DNA from: the human T2T-CHM13v2.0 reference genome, Homo sapiens
DNA: 64,000 nucleotides
Reading direction: 5' to 3' (one strand)
NCBI RefSeq assembly: GCF_009914755.1
Contig: NC_060948.1
In this document: positions 27,710 to 38,536 of the stretch, one piece after another
Numbering within the stretch: the first letter of the stretch is position 1
Layout of the letters: the number at the start of each line of letters is the position of its first letter
Program-made: the position numbers and the translations under genes
Notes under the pieces: model-generated
Database searches by the model: none
What the model was told of the DNA's origin: nothing
What the model saw: the letters and a program-made list of their open reading frames with translations, nothing else

Positions 27710-29038
27710 TAGTCTCAGGGCACCAGACCTGAACTGTGAGCTCTGGCTGATGTCTCAATGAATGCCACCATTGCCTAGAGACAAGTCCCTGTGGCTTAGC
27801 GGAGAAGGAAACATCTGCGGAGGTGGGTCGGCCACAGACTTTCGCTTGTACTGTTTGTGGGACCCTCAGCATAATCTCATGATGCTAGGAGAATGCTGAC
27901 CTCAGCCAGCTTAAGGAAACTTCAAGCACAGCCTCAGGAATTCACTGCGAAATCTCTAAGTGTCCAAAAGGATCTGCAGGATGCCTCAGGCCTACCTAGA
28001 CGTTGCAGGGGTGAGTCTTTTTGAAAATCGTCCCACTGTGTTTTCTAGATACAGCCTGCATGAGTTCCCCAAGGTTACTCTCTCCCAGGTGAAGCTTCCT
28101 GCAGAACCACGCAGCCTCAGGAGATGCCGGGCTGTGTTTTTCTGTCAGAGTGTTGTAAGTTTTGGATGTCTGCATCTGTGTGTGGCTTTGTGTGTTTCCC
28201 TGTGGAAAAGACTGCTAGTGTCTCTCTCTGGGTTGGCTGCAGGACAATGGAACACTGGGAGACCTGTTTTATGGTGTGGTGTGCTCCTCTTCTTTCTAGA
28301 AAGGAAAAGTGTTTGTTGTTGTTCTGCTGGCAGAGGTGATTTGGACGCCAGCGGGTCATGGCACACCTACCAATTTGCTGCAGATTCACGATCCACAGAA
28401 AAATAAAGAAAAGCCCCGCGGCCCAAGCAGAGCCACACAGACAGGACAACACTAGGTTGGGAGACTAAAAAAAAAAAAAAAAAAAAAAAAGGGTGCTTAA
28501 GTGTGTTAGCCTCATTCCTTTAAACAGACTCCACTTACCGGCACATACACACACGCACACACATACACATACACACAGTCAAACATCTAACACTTGCAAG
28601 TCTCCCAGAGAAACACACAGTCCAGCAGCTCCCAAGGATGCGTGCTTCTGCAGGAAGCCCCACCTGGGAGAGAGCAAACTCGCGGAACACAGGTGGGCTG
28701 TATCTAGAAATCACAGTGGGGCAAGTTTCAAAAAGACCCACCCCTACAAAGTCCACCCAGGCCTGAGGAATTCTGCAGATCCTTTTGGATTCTCAGGATT
28801 TCTCAATTTATTCCTGGGGTTGTGCTTGAGGTTTCTTCAGGCTGGCTGACGTCTGCCCTCTCTTAGGATCATGGGACTATCTGGTGAATCCAACAGACAA
28901 GACGCAAAAGCCCACTGCCAACGCACCTCCACGGAGGTCTCCTTTGCCGCAAAGCTGCAGGGACTTGTAGTTAGGCAACTGTGACATTCGTTTTGACGCA
29001 AGCAAGGGCTCATAATCAGGACTGCTTCCTTGAGTCTA

Positions 29039-29049
29039 GCGCATGCGCA
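29039..29049. promoter_or_regulatory. NRF1 consensus motif GCGCATGCGCA, mirror copy across the inversion
   Basis: Exact motif at the homologous position in the first inverted unit. Confidence 0.55.
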
Positions 29050-30944
29050 TTCGTGAGGCAGGGAAGGCCTCCAGGATAGCACAACTGTCAGGCTGCCTAA
29101 GCACAGGAAAATGTACAGGCAGAGCCGGCCTGGTATTGAAATAAAGGATGCCTGCAAACACCCACTGTGGGGCACCAAAATCCTCGACCTCAGGACCCCT
29201 TGGGCCATCTCCGTGGTCGGATCCCACTGGAGAAGGAGGCGTTTTGAGACTGTGAGGTGGTCGCTGGAAACTGCTCTTCTGACTTTATTCTCCAAAGAGG
29301 TTGTGTGCAAAAATAGGGTCCCATGGGGATTGGAATATAGTCTGGTGTGTTTCTGAGGGTTCTCTGGGTGATGGAAACATGCCTGAGACCCCAGAGGTTG
29401 GTGCCAGTGAAAGATGGTCAGACTCTTGACCTCACTGCTGCCTTTCATCCTGAGCCTCATAGGAGCTCTCTGGGAAAGGCAAATACTACGACAAGGGATG
29501 TCCAAGGTGGGGCCGTATTCTCACACCTCAGACTGGCTTCTTGCGGGTGCAGATGAGGTTGAGAGAGTATCTTGGAGACGTGTGTGGTGGTGCCAAGTCT
29601 GAAAGTGTGTCCGGTAGTGTTGCTAAGGGGCACTGTGTATTCCCCTTGAAAGCAAAGAAAAATCAAGGCTCAACTGAGAGAAAGAGCTACCTTATGGTGG
29701 AATCCAAGCAATGTTCAAAGACTCTTGTCAGAGGACCCAAAAGCTTCCTGCAAAGTGCAAAAAACCTCAGTCCCCACAAGGGGACAACAACCCACAACAT
29801 GGAGCACAGCCAACCTACCGGAAGTCCCTTTTGCTCTCTGAAATTTCTGGCAGCTTAATGATCTCTGGGAGAGGCAGTTCCAAGCAGCAACAGCCCAGTG
29901 AAGGAGCCCCTCCACAATGAAAAGGCCATGCAAATGAAGTGAAAAAGGTGCCAGATTACGAGGCAAAAGCCGACAAAGCTGCCTGCTTTTCATCCTGCAG
30001 AAATCATGCAGCCCTCTGTTAGAAGTGGGAGAACAAAAGTGTCCTTGCTGGTGGATGTAATGGAAATTTATGGTTTTAAAATTATCAAATCTGCCCAGTC
30101 ATTAAAACTGACAGTGTTTAGAAGGAAACTCTCACACAGTGGATTCCCATGAGGATCATTCTCCATGAAATGGGAAAGGTTTACTGTGGAAGTCTTTAAG
30201 CCATAACCAGGAAACACTAGGCCTACAAGAAACATAGAAGTCAGGAAAAGAAGAGGCAACTATGGAGGCCACATCTCACCCAGCATCAATCCATTCCATT
30301 CCCATTTGGCTCTGGGTATGAAAGCTCTCAAATCGGGAGTGTACCAGGATGGCCTCAATTTGCACTCCAAATATTCCTTGCATGTTGGAATACTCTCACC
30401 TGAACACCGGGCCATGGTGTGGACTGCTTGTGCAATTAATGGAATACAGGGATGGAGCTGGAAGCAACTTCTGTGACATCAGTCTTCAATCATTTTGCAG
30501 GTGAAGTTGCAGGACCCCATCCACCCTTCACCAATCTGTATCTTCACCCCTTTCTGAACTTATTGTGTCTCACACTCTATGTCCCAGAATGAAATCCGAA
30601 GATGATGGAGAAGTGTCCCCTCATGATGTGAAACACCTGATCTCCTGGGAACCGAATTCGAGTTAAATTCAAGGGGCACTGCAGACAGGACTGTTAGTGT
30701 TTCTCCCTGGGTGGGCCACAGGACAATGAAACACTGGGAGATGTCTGTTTTTTCATGTGGTGGGCTCCTCTTCTTTCTAGAAGAGTGGTTTTATTATGCA
30801 GGGGGATGCAATTTGAAAGCTGGTGGGATTCAGCCTGGCTCCCAATTCACTGCAGATTCAGATCCACAGAAAAATAAAGAACATGGAGCCCTGCAGTCCA
30901 AGCAGAGCCACACAGACTGGCAACCAAAAGGTTTGGAGACTCAC

Positions 30945-31033
30945 AAAAAGAAGAAGAAGAAAAGAAGAAGAAGAAGAAGAAGAAGAAGAAGAAGAAGAAG
31001 AAGAAGAAGAAGAAGAAGAAGAAGAAGAAGAAG
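30945..31033 (+). repeat. (GAA)n microsatellite: (AGA)4 AAA (GAA)23
   Basis: Perfect GAA run at 30964-31032. Confidence 0.95.
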
Positions 31034-34000
31034 CAGTGCTGAAGTGCATTAGCCATATTCCTTTAAGCAGGCTCCACTTACAGGCAAACACACCCACACA
31101 CATAAGCACTCACAAACACATAATGCCACACACACACACACACACACACACGCAGACATCCAACACTCAAAATAATTCCAGAGAAATTCACAACCTGGCA
31201 GCTGCTGAGGCTGTGAGGTCTGCAGGAAGCCATACCAGGGAGAGAACAACCCCAGGGAACACAGGTGTGCTGTACCTAGAAATCATAGTGGAGCAAGTTT
31301 CAAAAACACTCACCCCTACAAAGACTAGGCAGGCCTGAGGAATCCCGCAGATAATTTTGGATCCTTATGGATTTCATGGTTTATTCCTAAGACTGTGCTT
31401 GATGTTTTTTCAGGCTGCTTCATGCCTGCCCTCTCCTAGGATTATGGGAATATCCCACGTATCCCACAGAGAAGACAGGTGAGAGTCCACCGCCGACTCA
31501 CCGCCACGGAGGTCTCCTTCTCTGTCAAGCTTCAGAGGCTTGTCCCTAGGCAGCAGTGACATTTGTTTTGATGCTAGCCAGAGCTCACAATCAGGCCTGG
31601 TGCCCTAAGACTGGCACATGCATATTCGTGAGTCAGGCTCTGGTGCCAGGCTCTCAGAGCTATAAGCCTGCCTCAGCAGTGGAAAATGGTACAGGCAGAA
31701 TGAGCCTGGTATTGTAAAAATGGCTCCCTGTCAAAACCCACTGCAAGATGCTAAAAGTCTTGAACTCAGGGACCCTTCATGCCATCTCCATGGTTGGGTC
31801 CTACTGGAGAGAAGGCATTTCTACAGTGTGATGTGGTCACTGGAAACTGCACTTCTGACTCCATTCTTGAAAGAGGCTGTGTGCAAGAATCAGGTCCATG
31901 GGGATTGGAATATATTCTGTTGTGTTGTTGTGGGTTCTCTGAGTAACAGAATCATACCTGAGACCCCAGAGGCAGGTGTCAGTGACAGATGGCTGGGCTC
32001 TTGCCCTCACTGCCTCCCTTCATCCTAAGCCTTGCAGGGGCTCTCTGGGAAAGGCAGGAATCACGACAAAGGGAAGTCCAAGGTGAAGCAGTGTTCTCAT
32101 TCCTCAGACTGGCCTCTCATAGGTGCAGATGAGGTGGAGACAGTCTATCAGAGGCTGTCTGTGGTGATGGCAAGCCTGGAAATGGTGTCCAGTAGTGTCA
32201 CTGTGTGTCACTGTGGATTCCCCAAGAAAGCAAAGAAAAATAGAGGCTCACCTGAGAGAACGAGATGCCTTGTGCTGGAGTCCACACATTGTTCAATGAC
32301 GCCTGTCAGAAGCCTCCTGCAAAGGGCAAACAACCTCAGCCCCCACTATGAGACAATGGTCCACAACCTGGAGTGCAGCCAGCCTACCCCAAGTCCCTTT
32401 TGCTCCCTGAAATCCCTGGCAGCCAAAAGATCTGGGGTGAGAGGCAATGCAATGCAGCAACAACCCAATGAAAGAGCCCCTCCACAATGAGAAAGGACTT
32501 GAAGATGAATTGAAACAGAGGCTAGATTACCAGGCAACACCAGACACAGTGGCCTGCTTCTCATCATACAGGAATCTTGCAGCCCTCTGAAAAAAGTGGG
32601 AGAATAGGAGTTTCCTTGTTTGTGGCTCTAACTGACATTTACAATTTTAAAAGTATCAAAGCTGGCCAGTCATTAAAACGTGACAGTGTTTAGAAGGAAA
32701 CACTCACACAATGGATTCAAATGAGGGTCATCCTCCATGAATTGGGAAGCCTCTATTGTGGTAGACATTTAGACAGACCCAGGAAAACCTAGGCCAGTGG
32801 GGGAAACGGAAGTCAGGAGAAGAGGAGGCAAGTGTGAAGGCCACATCCCACCCAGCATCAATCCATCCCATACCCTTTTAGTTCTGGCTATGACAGCCCT
32901 GAAATCAGGAGTTTGCCAGGATGGCCAAGTATGCACTCCAAATGTTCCCTGCATGCAGAAGTACTCCCAGGCCATGACGTGGATGGCTTGTGCAATTAAG
33001 CAAATGTGGGGATGCTGTTGGAAGCATGCTCTGTGCCATCAGATCTTCACTGTTTTTGCAGGTGAAGGTGCAGGTCTGCATCCAAACCTCACCAGATTAT
33101 ATCCTCACCCCATCTGACCTTATTGCTGCTCACACTGTTTGTCCCAGAATAAAATCCCAAGATGATAGTGGAGTGCACCCTCACAACATGAAGCACCTGC
33201 TCTACTGCGAACCAAATTCCTGGTAAATTCAAGGGGCCCTGCCATCAGGACTGCTAGTGTCTCTTCCTGGGTTGGCCATGGGACAATGAAAGACTGGGCA
33301 ATGTTGCTTCTTGGGTGAGGTGTGCTCCTCTTCTTTTGAGAAGAGTGACTTTTTTTTTGCAGGTGGGGGAGATTTGGACCATAGCAGGTCACAGCCAGCC
33401 TCCCAAATCACTGCAGATTCTTGATCCACAGAAAAATAAAGAATACAGAGCCCCACAGCCCAGGCAGAACCACAGAAACAAGCTACCAAAAGGTTGAGAG
33501 ACAAAAAAAAGCACTGCAGTGTGTTAGCCTAATTTATTTAATTAGACTCCATTTAAAACACACACACACACATCACACAAAGCCACACACACGTGCAGAC
33601 ATCCAAACTTACAACACTCTCACAGAAACTACAGGCCTACAGGTTCTGAGGCTGGGTGGTTCTGCAGGAATCCCAACCTGGGAGAGAACAACACCAAGTA
33701 ACACAGGAGGGCTGTACCAAGAAATCATACAGGGCAAATTTCAAAAAGATTCACCCGTACAACATCTAGGCAGGTCTGAGGCATCCTGCAGATTATTTTG
33801 GATCCTTAGGGATTTTGCAGATTATTCCTGGGGCTCTGTTTGACCTTTCTTCATGATGTCTCACATATGCTCTCTCCAAGGATAATGGGACTATCCTGTG
33901 GATCCCACAGAGAAGACAGGTGAAAGTTCACTGCCGACTCACATACACAGAGATCGCCTTCTCCACCAAGCCTCAGGGACTTGTTGCTAGGCAATGCTGT

Positions 34001-37000
34001 CATTCATTGTGATGCTTGCCAGAGCTCACAGCTCTGGCCTGGTGCCAGGAGACTAGTGCATTTGCATTCTTGTCACAGGCTCAGCAGCCCAGCTGTCAGC
34101 ATGCCTAAGCAGAGAAAAATGGTACAGGCAGAGCTGACCTGGTGTTGGGAAAATGGCTGTCTGAGATAATCCACTGAGAGACCCTGAAAGTCTCAACCAT
34201 AGGTTTTCTTCAGGCCATCTTGTTGGTCAGGTTTCACTTGAAGGAGGAGGCATTTCAAGACTGTGAACTGGTCACTGGAAACTGCACTTCTGACTTCATC
34301 CCTGAAAGAGTGCAGAAATCCGGTCCCATGGTGATTGGAATATAGTCTGGTGAGTTGTTGAGGGGTCTCTGGTTCATGGAATCATACCTGAGACCCCAGA
34401 GGCAGGTGTCAACAAAAGATGGCTGTGCCCTGGACGTCACTGCCTGACTTCATCCTGGGCCTCCAGGTGCTCTCTGGGAAAGGCAGGAACCATGACAAAG
34501 GCAAGTCCACGGTGGAGCAGTGTTCTCACACCTCCAACTGGCCTCTCATGGGTGCAGATGAGGTTGAGACAGTGTCTCAGAGGCCATTTGTGGCAATTGT
34601 AAGCCTGAAAAGGGTGTGCAGTAATGCTGTTTAGGGGCAATGTGTATCTTCCATGAAAGCGAAGGAAAATCAAGGCTTGGGTGAGAGAAACAACTGACTT
34701 GTGCTGAAGTCCAAGCAATACTGAAAGATTTCTTTCAGAGGACCCAAAAGCCACCTGCAAAGTGCAAACAACCTCAGTATCCAAAATGAGACCACAATCC
34801 ACAACCTGGAGTGCAGCCAGCTTACCTGAAGTCTCCTTTGCTCCCTGAAGTCCCTGGCAGCTAAAAGATCTGTGGCGAGAGGCAGTCCCATACAGCAACA
34901 GCCCAATGAAACTCCCACTCCACAATGAGCAGTGGCATGCAGGTACAATAAAACAGAGCCTAGATTACCAGGCAAATGCCAGACATGGCTGCCTCCTTTT
35001 CATCCTACAGGAATCATGCAGCCCTCTGATAGAAGTGGGAGAACAAGAGTTTTCCTGTTGGTGGCTGTAATGGGAATTTACAGTTTTAAAATATCACAGC
35101 TGTCCAGTCATTAAAGCGTGACAATGTTTAGAAGGAAACATTCACACAATGGATTCTCATTAGGGTCATCCTTGGTGAACTGGGATACGTTTAGTGTGGA
35201 AGACATTGAGCCAGGCCTAGGCTCCCAGTATGAAAGCCCTCAAATTGGGAGTTTGCCAGGATGGCCCCAGTTTGCACTCCAAATATTCCCTGCATGTTGG
35301 AGTACTCCCACCTGAACACCAGGCCATGGTGTGGACTGCCTGTGCAGTTAAGAGAATGTGGGGATGCAGTTGGAAGTACTTCTGTGTAATCTGCCTTTAC
35401 TTTTTCTCAGATTGCATGCACACCCCTAACCGACCTTACTGTTGCTCACACTGTGTCCCAGAATGAAATCTCAAGATGATAGAGGAGTGCCCCCTGATGA
35501 CGTGAAGCTCCTACTCAGCTGAGAACTGAATTTGATGTAAACTCAATGGGCCCTGAGGATAGGAATGTTAGTATCCATCCCTGGGTTTGCCACAGGACAA
35601 TGAAACACTAGATGTCTGTTCATGGGTGTGGTGTGCTCCTCTTCTTTCTGGAAAAGTGGCTTCTGTTGCAGGGGAAGGTGATTTGGACCCTGGCAGGTCT
35701 CAGTCAATCTCCCAATTCACTATAAATTCATGATCCACAGAAGAACAAAAAACACAAGGCTCTACAGCCCAAGGAGAGCCACAGAGACAACCCACCAAAA
35801 GTTTGGGAGAATCAAAAAAATGAAGGGCTGAAGTGCTTTAGGCACATTTTTTTAAAGCAGACTCCACTTACAGGCATACACATACAGACACACACAAACA
35901 CACACACACAAAACACACACACACACAGCCACTCGCACAGGCAGATATCCAACAATTACAACACTACCACAGAAACGCACAGCCCGGTAGGTTCTGAGGC
36001 TGCCTGGTTCTGCAGACAGCCCCACCTCGGAGACAGCAACTTCGAGGAATACAGGTGGGCTGTACTTAGAAATAACAGTTGGGCAAGTTTCAAAAAGACT
36101 CACCCCTACAACGTGTAGGCAGGCCTGAGGCGTCCTGCAGATCCTTTTGGATTCTTAGGGATTTCGTGATTTACTCTTGGGGCTCTCCTTGAGGTTTCTT
36201 CAGGCTGGCTCATGTCTGCCTTCTCTTAGGATCATGGGACTATCCCGTGGGTCCTACAGAGAAGACAGGCGAGAGACCACCGCTATCGCACCCCCACGGA
36301 GGTCTCCTTCTCGGCCAAGCCACAGGGACTTGCGGCTAGGGAAAGGAGGCATTTATTGTGACGTTAACCAGAGCTCACAGCTCAGGCCCTGTGCCCTAAG
36401 ACTAGCGCATGTGCATTCGCGATGGAGGCTCCCGCGCAAGGCTTTCAGAACTGTCAGCCTGTCTATGCAGAGGAAAATGACAGGCAGAGCCTGACTGATA
36501 TTGGGGAAAAGGCTGTCTGCGAAAACCCACTGAGAGACCCTGAAAGTCTCAAATTTAGGGCCCCTTCGTGTCATCTCCATGGTCCGGTCGCGCTGGAGGT
36601 CGAGCCGTTTCGCCACTCTGAGGTCATGGCTGAGAAATGCTCTTCTGACTCCATTATTGAAAGAGGTTGTGTGCAAGAATTGGGTCCATGGGGATTGGAA
36701 TATAGTCTGGTGTATTGTTGAGGGTTCTTTGGGTGATAGAATCATACCTGAGACCCCAGAGGCGGGCGTCATCAAAATATGGCCAGGCTCTTGACCTCAC
36801 TGCCTCCGTTCATCCTGGGTCGCACAGGGGCTCTCCGGGAAAGGCAGGAACCACGACAAAGGCAAGGCCAAGGTGAAGCAGTATTCTCAAACCTCAGACT
36901 GGCATCTCATGGGTGCAGATGAGGTTGAGAAGGTGTCTCAGAGGCCGTCTGTGGTGACGGCAAGCCTGAAAAGGGTGTCCAGTGGTGCTGTTGAGGGTCA

Positions 37001-38224
37001 CTGAGGATTTTCTATGAAAGCAAAGAGAAATTAAGGCTTGCCCAAGAGAATGATCTGCCTTGGGCTGGAGTCCAAGCAATGTTCAATGATTCCTGTCAGA
37101 GGACCCAATAGCCTCCTGCAAAGTGCAAATAACCTCAGCACCCACAGTGAGAGAATGACCCACAACCTGAAGTGCAGCCAGCCTACCCAAATTCCCTTTT
37201 GCTCTCTGCAATCCCTGTCAGCTAAATAATCTATGATAAGAGGCAGTCCCACCGAGCAACAGCCCAAAGAAAGAACACTTCCACAATGAGAAGGCCATGC
37301 AGATGAAATAAAACAGGGGCTGGCTAGATTACCAGGCAAAAGCAAGACGCGGGTGCCTGCCTCTCATCCTACAGGAATCATGCAGCCATTTGATAGAAGT
37401 GAGAAAACAGGAGTTTCCTTGTTTGCGGCTGTAGTGAGAATTTATGGTTTTAAAAGTGTCAAAGCAGCCCAGTCATTAAAATGTGACAGTGTTAAGAAGA
37501 AAACACTCACACAATGGATTTCCATGAGGCTCATTGTCTGTGAAGTGGGAAATGTTTAGTGTGGAAGTTTTTGAGCCAGAACCAGGAAACCCTAGGCTAG
37601 TGAGGAGCACGGAAGTAAGGAAAAGAAGAGGCAAGTCTGGAGGCCACATCCCACCCAGCATCAATGCATTCCACTCCCATTTGGCTCTGGACATGAAAGC
37701 CCTCAAATAGGGTATTTGCCAGGATGGCCTCAATTTGCACTCCAAATGTTGCTTGCACATTGGAGCACTCCCACCTGAATACCGAACCCTGATGCTGACT
37801 GCTTGTGCAATTAAGGGAATGCAGGGATGGAGTTGGAAGCACCTTCTGTGTCATCTGTCTTCATTTCTTTGCAGGTGAAGTTGCAGGACTGTATCCACCC
37901 CTCACCAGGTTGTATCCTCACCTGTATGTTAATGTATTGCTGCTCACACTCTATGTCCCAGGATGAAATCCCAAGATGATGGAGGACTGCCCCCTCAAGA
38001 TGTGAAGCACCTGATCATCTGGGAACTGAATTCGAGGTAAATTCAAGGGACTCTGCAGACATCCAACACTCACAACACTCCCATGGAAACACACTGCCCG
38101 GCAGCTCATGAGGCTGTGTGGTTCTTCAGGAAGCCCTAAACTACTCCAGATTTCAATCTGTCTGCTCCATTGATCTTGCTTTTGTCAAGGTCTTCAGTGA
38201 CTTCCACATTTCTAATTTTCCTAG

Positions 38225-38536
38225 GGAAAACAATGGGGAGAATTTTATAAAACACACATAGAAATAAAGCAAATTGTATTTGACTGGTTACAATTATACA
38301 GTTGTCTCATTTGATCTATCCCATTGGAAAATCTTAATTATGTAAGTTCCTTAACTGCTTCTGATTGGTTGATATACATTCTGTTTTTCTGTGATATAAA
38401 CATTAGAAGAAGTAGCTCAAGTTAGTTTTGCTTATGTTTGCAAATCAAGCAAGATTGAAGTTACTTATGAGGCCTAACTTTGTTTTTCATCTAAGAGATT
38501 CTTCAGGCCCAGTCTCTATTTTAATTTGTTTCAGCA
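38225..38536 (-). mobile_element. Old ERV1-type LTR fragment (MER67-like)
   Basis: The minus strand begins TGCTGAAACAAATTAAAATAGAGACTGGGCCTGAAGAATC...TTAGGCCTCATAAGT, resembling recalled MER4-group LTR starts. Confidence 0.4.

Larger units (their letters stand above)
28198..38138 (-). repeat. Same macrosatellite, inverted arm (~4 units)
   Basis: The reverse-complement landmark (AAATTCAAGGGG and variants) occurs at ~30665, ~33226, ~35540 and ~38040. (CA)n replaces (TG)n. The array ends at ~38138 against AT-rich unique sequence. Confidence 0.9.

Noticed and set aside
28837-29505. 222-aa minus-strand ORF
   Set aside because: It lies antisense to the splice-site orientation in a GC-rich repeat unit, is not kept open in sister units, and shows no homology I can recognise.
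30711-31338. Poly-Glu, poly-Arg, poly-Phe and poly-Ser ORFs
   Set aside because: These are translations of the (GAA)n microsatellite.
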